From a virus (Duplodnaviria > Caudoviricetes), in IMG/VR virus record IMGVR_UViG_3300006921_003877, positions 1 to 60,090 of that record: a DNA stretch of 60,090 nt. One strand, given 5' to 3'. Position numbers and translations under genes: made by a program. The notes beneath the pieces were generated by a model. That model saw only the letters and a program-made list of their open reading frames with translations, had not been told where the DNA came from and ran no database searches. Below, one piece after another: positions 19,650 to 30,012 of the stretch. How positions within the stretch are numbered: position 1 is the stretch's first letter; each line of letters begins with the position of its first letter.

Positions 19650-20960
19650 TTAAAGTTTATGTTTCCACATTTGTTTCATCCTCTTAAGTTCTTCATTTAT
19701 AGATCTACGTTCTTTAAGTTTCTCCTTTTTTGGTTTTGAAAGTTTTTTTGGTGGTTCCGGATCAATTAAATCAGGGTCACTAGGTGGTGGAGGTGTTGGC
19801 CCTCCAGTTAACGGAGGCATATTAAGATTTGGACACCCACATGAATTTGCTTGACACTGTGCCCATTCTAATTGTTCTGTTTTTCTATTTATTTGTACTT
19901 GGGTTAATGGAGAACCATTACCAGCAACACCTGAATTTAATTGGTCTGTTACCCAATTAACCATAGCTTGGAAGTGTTGACATCCATTAGCGTTATATCC
20001 ACTCTCTCTTTGAGCTAACATATTTTGCCAAGAATTTTGTCCCCCAGTATTTAAGTGTTGTTGTGCACAAGGACTACTCCACGAAAAGTCACAACCCGCA
20101 CTAGGATTATTATTAGTACCTGGACACCCTCCTGGTATAACTGGGAAGTCTTGCACTCCATATGGTGATGTAGTTGAAGGGTCTATCGCAGTTATTTCAT
20201 AAAAAATAGGCTGTCCTGTTGACCCATAAGTATTTCCTACATCGATTACACTTCCCATATCATTAGCGGTATCTGGAAGATTTCCATTTAGAGTAACACA
20301 AGGCCACGTAGCCGTTGATGTTGGATCATCACATACCACTGTAGATATACTCATACATGTTGCCCCTGGATTACCGCCACCACATTGACTATCACAAGCA
20401 GTTTGTGTTGGATAAGGTCCGGTTGCATAACCTGGTTGAGGATTTGTTGGTGATTGTATACAAGGACCTGGTCCTGCGACTCCTGTTGGACACCACCAAT
20501 CACCTTGCCACGCTCCTCCACAAGCTAGGTTAGGGTCGTTTACTAGAGGGAAGTTTGGTGTTCCACCGATAGCATTCATAGGTATTAAGGTACAATCAGT
20601 TCCACATTGTGGACCACCTGGTACATTTTGACACCAAGGTGAATTAGGCCCTATTTCTTCTACTATTGTTGGAGTATTATTAACACAGTCATAACATGGT
20701 GTTATAGTATTTCCTTGTGTTGCATTTACCCAATCTGCTTCACAATCAGATTGTGTTGGGTAAGGTCCTGTAAAATATGATTGTGGTTGATTTACTGATT
20801 GCACACACATGTTTGATGAAGGATTTACGGCATTTGGGTCACCCCACCAAGATCCTTGGTTTTGTTCAACCATTAAACCCTTTGTTTTGTTATGTGATAC
20901 CTCAAAAAGTTTATTAACCTTTTCTATGTGTTCTCTTTTGTTAAATCTTTGTCTTCCCAT
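19650..20960 (-). CDS. Cys/Pro/Gly-rich modular protein with basic-helix termini
   Basis: Two WW(C/G)...GPYPTQ..C modules; C-terminal SINEELKRMKQMW. Confidence 0.6.
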   Translation of the reverse strand: MGRQRFNKREHIEKVNKLFEVSHNKTKGLMVEQNQGSWWGDPNAVNPSSNMCVQSVNQPQSYFTGPYPTQSDCEADWVNATQGNTITPCYDCVNNTPTIVEEIGPNSPWCQNVPGGPQCGTDCTLIPMNAIGGTPNFPLVNDPNLACGGAWQGDWWCPTGVAGPGPCIQSPTNPQPGYATGPYPTQTACDSQCGGGNPGATCMSISTVVCDDPTSTATWPCVTLNGNLPDTANDMGSVIDVGNTYGSTGQPIFYEITAIDPSTTSPYGVQDFPVIPGGCPGTNNNPSAGCDFSWSSPCAQQHLNTGGQNSWQNMLAQRESGYNANGCQHFQAMVNWVTDQLNSGVAGNGSPLTQVQINRKTEQLEWAQCQANSCGCPNLNMPPLTGGPTPPPPSDPDLIDPEPPKKLSKPKKEKLKERRSINEELKRMKQMWKHKL

Positions 20961-20971
20961 TTTTTAATTTT

Positions 20972-21256
20972 TTATATTTCCTCTTCAGAATAATCATATT
21001 CATGAGTTACTGTAGTTTTACTTGGTGCTTCTTCTGCTGGTGTCTCACCATTCGGTGAAAATCCTTCAGCAGCGGTAAAACCTAATCCTGCCATTACAAT
21101 CCATTGTAATGAATTAAATATATTTTCATCAATCGTGAAGTCCCAAAATAGATTTGAGACATATCCGATTAACATAAATAATAGACAAATAAAGGTAACA
21201 AACCTTTTACTTGATACTTTACCGTCTCCGCTTAACATGTTTTTGAAAAAATTCAT
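20972..21256 (-). CDS. Two-TM membrane protein, holin-like
   Basis: KVSSKRF followed by two hydrophobic helices and an acidic tail. Confidence 0.5.
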   Translation of the reverse strand: MNFFKNMLSGDGKVSSKRFVTFICLLFMLIGYVSNLFWDFTIDENIFNSLQWIVMAGLGFTAAEGFSPNGETPAEEAPSKTTVTHEYDYSEEEI

Positions 21257-21272
21257 AATTTTAATTTTTTAA

Positions 21273-21527
21273 TTAGTTCCAGAAAATTAACTTTCCTATT
21301 ATTCCAAGTACTGCAACCCAAAGAGACCATAGTACCTTTCCAGTTGATTTTCTAAACTGTGTATTTTTATTTACTCTTGCTACCGTTCCATTATCTGGAT
21401 TTAGTAGAACTTTTTTTATCATTGTTATATCTTCTTGCATTTTTGCCTGTCCGTCCTTTAAGTGAATCATATCATTCTTCACTAATTTTATCTCACCGTA
21501 TACTTGTTCGTTTGTTAATCTAGCCAT
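21273..21527 (-). CDS. Coiled-coil protein with C-terminal TM helix
   Basis: C-terminal VLWSLWVAVLGIIGKLIFW. Confidence 0.55.
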   Translation of the reverse strand: MARLTNEQVYGEIKLVKNDMIHLKDGQAKMQEDITMIKKVLLNPDNGTVARVNKNTQFRKSTGKVLWSLWVAVLGIIGKLIFWN

Positions 21528-21530
21528 TTT

Positions 21531-22286
21531 TTATTGTAATCCTGAAATTAAATAATGTAGTTTACTAATATCATTTACTGAACTCTCAGCAATAAAATTC
21601 ATACCCAACACTTTATTGTACGTCTTTTTAAGATTAACGTGTAAAGAAGCTTCATCGTTATCAACTATTTTTTTCTGTAGTAAATTTTGAGCCATCTCCT
21701 TATAATCTTCAAATATCCTTTCTTCTCCCTCCTTACTTTCCAAAATTACCTTTAATATTTTTTTATCTGCCTCAGATAAATCTTTATATTTTTGGTTATA
21801 TTTTTTACTTACGATTTTACTCATTAAAGCAATTGGTACTGACGGTGCATCGTTTTTGGTTTTTAATTCATTTTTAATTAAATTTTCTTTAACCATTACT
21901 TTAGAAGTGTGTATTGAGTTAACATTCTTAGATGTGTTCATTAAGAAATATAAATTAGAAATTGACTCATTTATTTCTGAGGGAATTACTTTCGCTCCTA
22001 ATTTATTACAAAGACTTTCTAACTTACCATTAGACGATATAATTTGTTGGGGGGTATAGACTCTAAGTGAATCGATGTTTTCTTTTATGTAGTTTGTGGC
22101 ATATTTTTCTTGAACATGAGAATTTTTAAGATTGTCATACACTGTGAACTGATCAGATAATATTCTATCTGTTTTAATGACTTTAACACATTCTTTTATT
22201 AATGCACTACATTTCTTTTTGTTGGTGCCAAACTCTTTAGAGGCGGCTTTATAGATTGAGTCTAATAAATCTCCGAAATTTTTCAT
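21531..22286 (-). CDS. Hypothetical head-module protein
   Basis: Helical ORF downstream of the portal; TATTTAT motif at 22304. Confidence 0.55.
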   Translation of the reverse strand: MKNFGDLLDSIYKAASKEFGTNKKKCSALIKECVKVIKTDRILSDQFTVYDNLKNSHVQEKYATNYIKENIDSLRVYTPQQIISSNGKLESLCNKLGAKVIPSEINESISNLYFLMNTSKNVNSIHTSKVMVKENLIKNELKTKNDAPSVPIALMSKIVSKKYNQKYKDLSEADKKILKVILESKEGEERIFEDYKEMAQNLLQKKIVDNDEASLHVNLKKTYNKVLGMNFIAESSVNDISKLHYLISGLQ

Positions 22287-22315
22287 ACAGTACGTTTTAT
22301 ATAATAAATATAAAA

Positions 22316-24157
22316 CTATTCTAAAAGTTTATCTAAATTTTCTTTTAGACTTGCAATATCCTCTTTAATTAAGTAACTTCTATTATTGACTTGATGTTGT
22401 GGTTTAGTATCAGTAGTGACAGTTTTAACTAAATTATCGTAATTTTGTAAAGTTTCTGCCAAATCTTCTGGTGAATCATCTGGTTCTACTGCCATGTCTC
22501 CCCCCATTGGTGGTGGCGCTCCGCCTCCTGCTGGTGGTGGTGTAGTTGGAGACCCTCCGGTGTCACCAGCATCCACTCCTGCATCTTCTCCAGTATCACC
22601 ATAAAGTCTATCCACTTCTTTGAATATTCCTGTTTGTTTAATAACTTCTGACGTGTTTTCCATTTCAGCAGCAGCTGCCTTTTCCATTCTTTGTCTTTCT
22701 AAGTCTAAAATAATTTCATCATCACTAAAACCTAGTATATTCTTTTTTGCCCAAGTCATAGATGTGGCCGCGAAACCATTACCAGCATCCGATACCGAAT
22801 CTCTATATAATGCCACTTTGGATTGGAATTGTTCTATTTTTAACATTTCTGCTTGAGTAGAAGGATTATTAAGTCTTAAACTAAAGTTTTCCAGTTCTTC
22901 GTCAAATCCTAGGATATATAAATGTACTATTGCAATTTTATTAAGTTCTTGTACCATAGATTGTTGTACTCTATTAATGGTCCTTGCAAATCTTATATCT
23001 TGTAATGCCAAATTCTTTCCTTCTCCAGATGGTTCCTCAAAACCTAAAAATGGTTTTGGTATCCTAAGTGCTGACAACATTTTCTTTTGTATATACTCAA
23101 TGTCAGCAATTTGATCAAGATTACCAGCACCTGGTAATGTCTCAATAGGGTTAGCAGCACCATCATTACGTACTGGTACAAAAAAGTCTTGGTCTACTGC
23201 CAAGGCATTATACCTTAAATCGGCTTGTCCAGTAGCTTGGTCAATAGCGTGATTTCTCTTAAAGTTATTTGCGATTTTATTAACATATGCCTGTACATCT
23301 TGGTCATCAATATTACCAACGTTTATTTTGAAGACTCTTCTTTCCGGTGCTCTAGTTACACGATATATCATCATAGCATCTTCAGACAATAATAACTGTT
23401 TCCATATTCTTCTTACTTTTTCCAATAAAGAAGTTCCATAAGGTAATCTTCTATCGTCTCCTAATAATCTAAAATGGGCTACCTCCCATGCATTAAATGA
23501 AATACTTTTATTCCTCCATTCGAATTTAATATTTTTATCCTTCTCATTTTCTCCTTGTACCCCATAAGAACCTACCTTTTGTTGGGTTAGGTAACTACTT
23601 TCATCCTTTCGCTCAATCTCGATATTAGGTAGTTGAGAAGCTCCAATAATCCCTAATTTAGGGTCTATTTTTAGATAAACAAAATTATCACCATACTTAC
23701 AAGTATTTCTCGTCCAAGCCGGTAAAACGGCATGTAAATCTAAAACTTTTGTAAATAGGTTAGTTAAAATATCTTTAATTCTAGATGATTCTGATTCCAC
23801 AGTAAGTAGATGACCTCTTTCATCTGGTGTACAACTTTCTTCCGAATATATATCTAGAGCCGCTGCGATTTCGGGAGTAAACTCCATGGATTCAAAATCA
23901 TAAAACGATGCCAATCTAGTGGTTTCATAATAGATAGCTTGATTATAGAGTTCACTATCTACCTTATTCCACTGATTACGCATAAAGGCAGTTTGTTGAG
24001 CCTGTAGTTTTGCCTGTTCAAAATCTGCTTTATTTGTTGTCTTTAATAAAACCTTATTAGGATCAACATTGTAATTTTGAATTGGGGACCTCCTTGTTGC
24101 CCCAGCACCAAATACCTGCTGTAGTCTTTGATATATTGTTAAGTTATCTTCTGCCAT
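22316..24157 (-). CDS. gp20: Portal protein, T4 gp20-like
   Basis: LLLSEDAMMIYRVTRAPERRVFKINVGN, IETLPG and DIEYIQKKMLSALRIP motifs. Confidence 0.95.
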   Translation of the reverse strand: MAEDNLTIYQRLQQVFGAGATRRSPIQNYNVDPNKVLLKTTNKADFEQAKLQAQQTAFMRNQWNKVDSELYNQAIYYETTRLASFYDFESMEFTPEIAAALDIYSEESCTPDERGHLLTVESESSRIKDILTNLFTKVLDLHAVLPAWTRNTCKYGDNFVYLKIDPKLGIIGASQLPNIEIERKDESSYLTQQKVGSYGVQGENEKDKNIKFEWRNKSISFNAWEVAHFRLLGDDRRLPYGTSLLEKVRRIWKQLLLSEDAMMIYRVTRAPERRVFKINVGNIDDQDVQAYVNKIANNFKRNHAIDQATGQADLRYNALAVDQDFFVPVRNDGAANPIETLPGAGNLDQIADIEYIQKKMLSALRIPKPFLGFEEPSGEGKNLALQDIRFARTINRVQQSMVQELNKIAIVHLYILGFDEELENFSLRLNNPSTQAEMLKIEQFQSKVALYRDSVSDAGNGFAATSMTWAKKNILGFSDDEIILDLERQRMEKAAAAEMENTSEVIKQTGIFKEVDRLYGDTGEDAGVDAGDTGGSPTTPPPAGGGAPPPMGGDMAVEPDDSPEDLAETLQNYDNLVKTVTTDTKPQHQVNNRSYLIKEDIASLKENLDKLLE

Positions 24158-24225
24158 TATTTGTTCTTTGTATTATAAATATCTTATATTAATTATAAAC
24201 TAAAAAAATAGAAAGTTAAACCTTA

Positions 24226-25989
24226 TTACCTATTACCTCTTCCCATTTTCCCAAATAACCAACCATAATCTTTATATATCTGTCCAGGAGTGGGATTCTG
24301 GGGACGAAATGGATCAAATGGATTAGCCTTATTGGGGTTAGATGGGTTGGTAGTGGCGTAGGTAGTTGATGAGTTGAACTTTTCAGACTGAGGTTTAATG
24401 TCGTCAATATTTTTATTAACTGAAGTATTTGTTACCCAACTATCCATAATTGCCGCAGACTTATTTTTATTCTTTTCAATTTCCTTAAAGGTGGTATTAG
24501 CAACATACAAGGCCATCGCCAACCCCCATAAAATATCATCGTGGTAACCAACCATATGATCTGGTCTTCCATTTCTAAAAATAAAGGTAGTCATTTCTGC
24601 TATCGCTCTTTCAGAACGTATCTTAACCCGATTAGTCCTAATAGATTCCTCTAATTCACTAACTACTATTCTTCTATTAGAGTCGATATTAAAACCTGGA
24701 TTTTTATTTTTGTCTCCGTTAGGATAATGTAATTGTCCATAACCCATTTCCTTTAATTTTAGGGATGTAGGTAATCCTACACCACCAGTAATATCAATGA
24801 CAACGTAAGCATTATAACGACGACCCACTAACCAAACAAATTCAGCTAATTCATCAGGAGGTAACTTACCATAATACTCTGCGACTTGTTCTTCACCTTC
24901 CTCACAATCTAAACATATTACAGCAAAAGCACTAAAGTCATCTGACTGTCCGGTTGAGACATCAACCCCCATCACATACTTGTGATTTGGTGCTGCGTCC
25001 TTCCATATCCATAAGTCTTTGTATATACCTTCCTTTCTTATAGGGTCTCTTCTATTTTCTTTATCTTGTAATTCGATCCATTCTTTATCTATAACAGTTT
25101 CTCCAGAACCTAGAAAGTCACAGTTAATCTCCTGATTGACTAGTCTCATATTCCCATTCATTTGTCTAATCATTTCCAAATACCATGGGGAACTAGGGGA
25201 GTACCCCTTCCTAATATACTCAAGGTACTTTTCTAAATCCTGAGATTCGTCGTGTATAGTTTCATGATCCTCTTTTTCCCATTTTAATCCCTTATTAAAT
25301 CTAGGGTCCTCATACCACCTCATCTCTACGATGTTAAAATCATTTTCATTTTTTTTAGCCCCATCATAAGTGGCGTGGTATATTTCATCATACCCATTAG
25401 GTGTTGAGACTAGGATGGCATCACCCCCAGTTGAAAGCGAAGCTTGACACGCCGCCCAAACTTCTTGTCCACCCTCAATAAAGGCAGCCTCGTCCAAAAT
25501 TAAAAGAGACGGTGTATACCCCCTTAAGGCATCGGCTGAAGTCGCAACCGCTTTTATCTCACAACCGTTAGTAAATTTTACGTGTTGTTTAGAGTTAGTA
25601 TCACCAATATCTACAGATATCCATTTAGGTAATTGTGAATGAAAAACTTTAGCTTTATTAAGAAATTCCATTGCTGTTTCTCTTTTATTGGCAAGAATAA
25701 GTACTTTTTGTGGGTTCTTACTATCTGCGAAACATACTAACCATGTAATATAAGCGGCGGTTAATGTAGATATACCAGCTTGTCGATATTTTAAGACAAT
25801 ATTATACCTATTTTCTTTATAGGCTCGTATCGCATCAAGTTGTTTAGGGAAAGGTTGGAATTTGACGTAAGTTTGTCTAGTCTTATCAAATGTTTCTAAA
25901 TAATTTTCAATAAAGTATGCTGGGTCAGCTTTACACTTGGCCCAAATCATCATTGTTTCTAATTTTGGATTTTTCTTCGTTTCTCCCAT
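24226..25989 (-). CDS. gp17: Terminase large subunit, T4 gp17-like
   Basis: KYRQAGIST (Walker A), LILDEAAF (Walker B), VSTPNG, MGVDVSTG and HDD nuclease motifs. Confidence 0.95.
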   Translation of the reverse strand: MGETKKNPKLETMMIWAKCKADPAYFIENYLETFDKTRQTYVKFQPFPKQLDAIRAYKENRYNIVLKYRQAGISTLTAAYITWLVCFADSKNPQKVLILANKRETAMEFLNKAKVFHSQLPKWISVDIGDTNSKQHVKFTNGCEIKAVATSADALRGYTPSLLILDEAAFIEGGQEVWAACQASLSTGGDAILVSTPNGYDEIYHATYDGAKKNENDFNIVEMRWYEDPRFNKGLKWEKEDHETIHDESQDLEKYLEYIRKGYSPSSPWYLEMIRQMNGNMRLVNQEINCDFLGSGETVIDKEWIELQDKENRRDPIRKEGIYKDLWIWKDAAPNHKYVMGVDVSTGQSDDFSAFAVICLDCEEGEEQVAEYYGKLPPDELAEFVWLVGRRYNAYVVIDITGGVGLPTSLKLKEMGYGQLHYPNGDKNKNPGFNIDSNRRIVVSELEESIRTNRVKIRSERAIAEMTTFIFRNGRPDHMVGYHDDILWGLAMALYVANTTFKEIEKNKNKSAAIMDSWVTNTSVNKNIDDIKPQSEKFNSSTTYATTNPSNPNKANPFDPFRPQNPTPGQIYKDYGWLFGKMGRGNR

Positions 25990-26030
25990 ATATTATAAAT
26001 ATAAGAGACTTAAGAACACTTATAAATGGT

Positions 26031-29000
26031 CTACTGGTCTTTTAAGAATTGTAACTCATCCGGTGTTAATGAATCCATACCACCATCTGAAATTTTATCT
26101 AGAATAGTGTCAATGTCTAATTCTATTGGTCCTCCACCCATTTCACTACCAGCTGGGAATAAGTCTGAAATATCTATATCGTCCATTGGTTCTTCTAGTG
26201 TTGTAACATCTTCTTCTTCATATTCTCCTGTTGCGTCTTCGTATTCATCTTTTTGTATATCGTCCTTAATTCTTTTCGCCAAATCAACCATCATTTGTTT
26301 TCCTTTTTCACTTCCTGATTGTATTTCTTTCATAAAATCTAAAAATTGTTTGGCTGGCATTTGGATTATTTCACTATAAAGATGGTTTTTGACATCGAAA
26401 TCATCTGCACCGATAGCATCAATGAATCTCTCCCATAATCCTGGTCCTAATCTTAAATCCCACATTTCATCTTCTAAAAAGTCTGTTTTATCCATAACCT
26501 TTTGTCTTAATTCTTTATCACCTGGTAAACCATGTAAAGAAAGATATTCCATAACTCCTTTATGTAATTCATGGACCAACACAGGGAAAGTCATTCCCTT
26601 TGCCACAACTGTAGGTGGGGTAGTAGACAAATCAATCTTCTCTTTTCCAAATACTGGTGCTCCTTCTCCACCACCAGCTCCCATCATATCTGGCATAATC
26701 CAATACATAAGGTCATTCGCGGAAATAACAACCCCATATAAATTCATAAGGGTAGGGTCAATTGAGTTGAGTTCATCACTAACCATATGATATAGATAAA
26801 GTGCCTTTTTTGCAGACCCTTGCATCATTGAGTTTATGAAACGTCTTTTTGCCACTTCTAGATCCAATTCTTCTATATGTTCTAATGTTTCCTCCTCTTG
26901 CTCTAAAGACTCTTCTTTATTTTTAGGTTTTTGTTTCATATCGTCTTTCGATAACTTTTTCATTCCAGTTATCTCAACATCAAACTGTAAGGAACCTTCT
27001 GGAACATTTAAGTCTTTAGTCACTATCTCTACCGCTAAGTCCTCTAATCTTTGTTTATTAGAAGCTTCTATTCTTAATGTATTTTGTAGAGATTGCATCA
27101 TCATACCCTGTAATCCCATTAAATTTTGCATGTCAGTGGCATTCCCCTGAATGCCTGTATGTCTTTTGAACGTATCTACTACATCCTTAAATCTTTGTGA
27201 GGCGATTAATTCTTCATAATTATCATATACTTCGTCCTCCCCTACTTTTGGAAAAGCTGGGTGGTCTTTACCAAACGCAGTGTCCTGAGTCGACAACTGT
27301 CTCTCGATATTGGGGTTAATTCTTTCTGGTCTGTCTTCGTAATCTATTGGCACTTCTTGTAAACTTTGTTTATTTTCCGCTAATTTACTAATAATTTTTT
27401 TAATTTCATCTAAATTTCTAGGTTTTTCTGTGTAAGGACCAGATTGTTTAGTCAAGTCTTTTTTCTTGTACACTTTTCCTTTAGTTCCACCTCTGGTAGT
27501 TAACTCAGATAAGTATTCTAATAATTTTCCTTTTTTCATTTTTGGTTTTTTCATTTCACTTAATCCCATTACGTTCATATGTGCTGGACGAGGAACGTCC
27601 GAGTACATTTTATCTCTAGGTACATCACCTAGACCAAAGCCTGGATTTGAATTTATACCCCACACTTGTATCTCTTTAACTTTCTTCTTTTTCTTTTTCT
27701 TTTTTTCCGGTAATTTACTAAAATCTTTAGTATCGTCCCCAAACTCTTTTGCCCATTTTTTCCATTTTTTACCTTCTTTTCCTTTTTCATTTGCCTTTGC
27801 GTGAAAATATCTTGCCTGCGCTTTGGATTTGAATTCCTCTTCCATGTTTTGAGATGGGGTTTTTTGAGTTTTTGGGTCGTCGTATCTTGAACATTTCTTC
27901 TTACATTTTTTCATACTTTTGTAACATGGGTCTATACACTCGGATGATCGTTGTTGCATATGCATACAGCGTGACTTATTAAACGCATTACCTCCCTCCC
28001 AAACATCATACTCAAAACAACAATAACATGAAGCCCATTCCTTCTCTAACAACAAATTATTTGCCTCTTCTCCTTCTGTAATCTCCTCAAACCCTAAATC
28101 ATCAATATCATACATATGTTTTTCTTCGTCATCACCTCCTGTTGATGTTGGCTTTGCATGAACAACATTTGGGTCTTGGGGTCCAAAATCACCAATTACC
28201 TCACAATCCCATCCCATCCCATTGTGTCCAATGGGTGATCTACAATAACATCCGTGTGGAAAAACATTCCCCCAATACTCACACCAAACCTCTCCTGTTG
28301 CACAAGGTGTTCCCTTAGTATGAGGGTAACAATTCTGAATTTCTTTTAATAAACGAGGAGAGGTACCTTCTTCTAGTGTATTACCATAATTTACTCTATA
28401 TTTTTCTTCTTCTATCTTATTACTACACTTTGTAACTTTAATCTTCATACCATTCACCTCTTGTACCTTATTTACCCATTCACTACAATCATCCATACAT
28501 AAATCCTTAGTGTCTTTACATGTTGAATCAGATACTTGGTACAAGGTTCCGTTTGAACATTTACACTCATCCCAGTTACCTTCACTTTCTTCCATTATAC
28601 TTTCTGGGTCTTCACCTAGCTCAGCACCATCACTACTAAAATTATATGCTCCCCATTGAGAATCTGAGTCTCCATAGAATGTAGTAAACCCTTCATCCTC
28701 CAATTCAGGCTCAGATCCTAAAGGTCCGTGACTTTGGAAGTTATAACTACTATCGTCCCCATAACTCACATCAGCATATCCACTTTGTAGACCTGACATA
28801 CTATCTTCTGTAAGTGTTGCGGATATTTTCGCAATTCTTCTATTAAGGCTACCCATTTCATTAGTTAAACTTTGTATTTGTTTTTCTAATTTAGTTTTTT
28901 CCTTCTCTTGTTCGGGTGTTAAAGGTTGTGGTGCTTGTTCCGATACAGTGTCTTTTCCTGCTTCCGTATCTACACTTTGGAAATTCTTCAAGGCCTTATT

Positions 29001-29573
29001 TGCATTATCAATTCTTCTATTCAATGAATCAGAAACTTTCTTCTCCTTTTCAGAACTATAGGACTGATATTCTTCTTTTTCTTTATTTATGTTCTCTAAT
29101 TCTTCTTGTTTATCTTTAAGTTTTTTTGAGTCTGCTGCGTTTTGTTTAGCTTCTTTTTCTTGTTTTCGCATTGCAACAATTTGACTCTTTAGTTGGTTAA
29201 CTTGATCCTTAAGGGATTGATTCGGGTCTGCAGAGGATACTTGTTCCAAAATTTCTTCTATCATTTCCTCTCTTTCCATTATTGCTTGTTGATTTGCATA
29301 GTCCCACATTTGGTCGAGTATTTTTTCTGCACTAGTAACAAGTCCTTGGAAATACTCCAACTCCTCCTTTTCCATTCTTGCGTTTTTGGCGTCTTCTATT
29401 TGTTTATAAATGGTTGATAGTTGTTTTTCAAGATCTGATATTGTACCACCAGGTGAAGACTTAAGTGATTCTAACTCAGCTTTAGCTTGATTAATTTGAG
29501 CATCCAATTGTTTTATCTGACCACCCATTCCACCAGCTTGTTCCAATATTCTATGTAAATTTCTTAAACCCAT
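26031..29573 (-). CDS. Large modular protein (coiled coil, Cys-rich and basic modules, helical C-terminal domain)
   Basis: 1180 aa; modules flanked by ILE, LTE, LKE, LLE, LSE and LQE. Confidence 0.6.
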   Translation of the reverse strand: MGLRNLHRILEQAGGMGGQIKQLDAQINQAKAELESLKSSPGGTISDLEKQLSTIYKQIEDAKNARMEKEELEYFQGLVTSAEKILDQMWDYANQQAIMEREEMIEEILEQVSSADPNQSLKDQVNQLKSQIVAMRKQEKEAKQNAADSKKLKDKQEELENINKEKEEYQSYSSEKEKKVSDSLNRRIDNANKALKNFQSVDTEAGKDTVSEQAPQPLTPEQEKEKTKLEKQIQSLTNEMGSLNRRIAKISATLTEDSMSGLQSGYADVSYGDDSSYNFQSHGPLGSEPELEDEGFTTFYGDSDSQWGAYNFSSDGAELGEDPESIMEESEGNWDECKCSNGTLYQVSDSTCKDTKDLCMDDCSEWVNKVQEVNGMKIKVTKCSNKIEEEKYRVNYGNTLEEGTSPRLLKEIQNCYPHTKGTPCATGEVWCEYWGNVFPHGCYCRSPIGHNGMGWDCEVIGDFGPQDPNVVHAKPTSTGGDDEEKHMYDIDDLGFEEITEGEEANNLLLEKEWASCYCCFEYDVWEGGNAFNKSRCMHMQQRSSECIDPCYKSMKKCKKKCSRYDDPKTQKTPSQNMEEEFKSKAQARYFHAKANEKGKEGKKWKKWAKEFGDDTKDFSKLPEKKKKKKKKVKEIQVWGINSNPGFGLGDVPRDKMYSDVPRPAHMNVMGLSEMKKPKMKKGKLLEYLSELTTRGGTKGKVYKKKDLTKQSGPYTEKPRNLDEIKKIISKLAENKQSLQEVPIDYEDRPERINPNIERQLSTQDTAFGKDHPAFPKVGEDEVYDNYEELIASQRFKDVVDTFKRHTGIQGNATDMQNLMGLQGMMMQSLQNTLRIEASNKQRLEDLAVEIVTKDLNVPEGSLQFDVEITGMKKLSKDDMKQKPKNKEESLEQEEETLEHIEELDLEVAKRRFINSMMQGSAKKALYLYHMVSDELNSIDPTLMNLYGVVISANDLMYWIMPDMMGAGGGEGAPVFGKEKIDLSTTPPTVVAKGMTFPVLVHELHKGVMEYLSLHGLPGDKELRQKVMDKTDFLEDEMWDLRLGPGLWERFIDAIGADDFDVKNHLYSEIIQMPAKQFLDFMKEIQSGSEKGKQMMVDLAKRIKDDIQKDEYEDATGEYEEEDVTTLEEPMDDIDISDLFPAGSEMGGGPIELDIDTILDKISDGGMDSLTPDELQFLKDQ

Positions 29574-29575
29574 AT

Positions 29576-30001
29576 TTAATCTAGTTGGTTTTTTGTTTCT
29601 TTAACTAGTGTTAAAACTAAATCCCTAGTATATAACTTATTTGATACCGATTCTAAAGTTTCTCCATAATGAAAGGCCAAACGTTTAATGTCCTCCATAC
29701 CTTCAAAATCTTCTGCAATATGTTCCCACCCTAAAGCAATAATACCATCAACTGAATCATAAACACCAAAGTAATTAGACTCTTGAACAACATTCATTAC
29801 GATTTCTTTTGTGGTTAAAGACCCAACATTTTTTATAAATTGTGTTTCGGGTGGTGATGGATGTCCGTCAGCGGGAACCTTATCCCAAGACTCCCCATCA
29901 ACTTGGTCTAGGTATTCTGAAGTAGTAAAAATAAACTCATAGAGATTTTCACCTCGGTAATTCACTCCCATTTTGTTTATATAACAAAGGTGCATTTCCA
30001 T
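29576..30001 (-). CDS. Hypothetical protein
   Basis: Clean ORF within the operon. Confidence 0.6.
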   Translation of the reverse strand: MEMHLCYINKMGVNYRGENLYEFIFTTSEYLDQVDGESWDKVPADGHPSPPETQFIKNVGSLTTKEIVMNVVQESNYFGVYDSVDGIIALGWEHIAEDFEGMEDIKRLAFHYGETLESVSNKLYTRDLVLTLVKETKNQLD

Positions 30002-30012
30002 GACAATATATT

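Noticed and set aside
17039-20793. 33-nt near-identical pair as a DGR template/variable repeat
   Set aside because: Too short, one synonymous difference, both copies are coding, and no reverse transcriptase is present in the window.
22316-25989. Intein or intron in terminase or portal
   Set aside because: Lengths are ordinary, motifs are contiguous, and no intein splice-junction or homing-endonuclease motifs were seen.
26540-26600. VHELHKG as a zincin HExxH protease motif
   Set aside because: The fifth residue is Lys rather than His, so metalloprotease activity is not supported.
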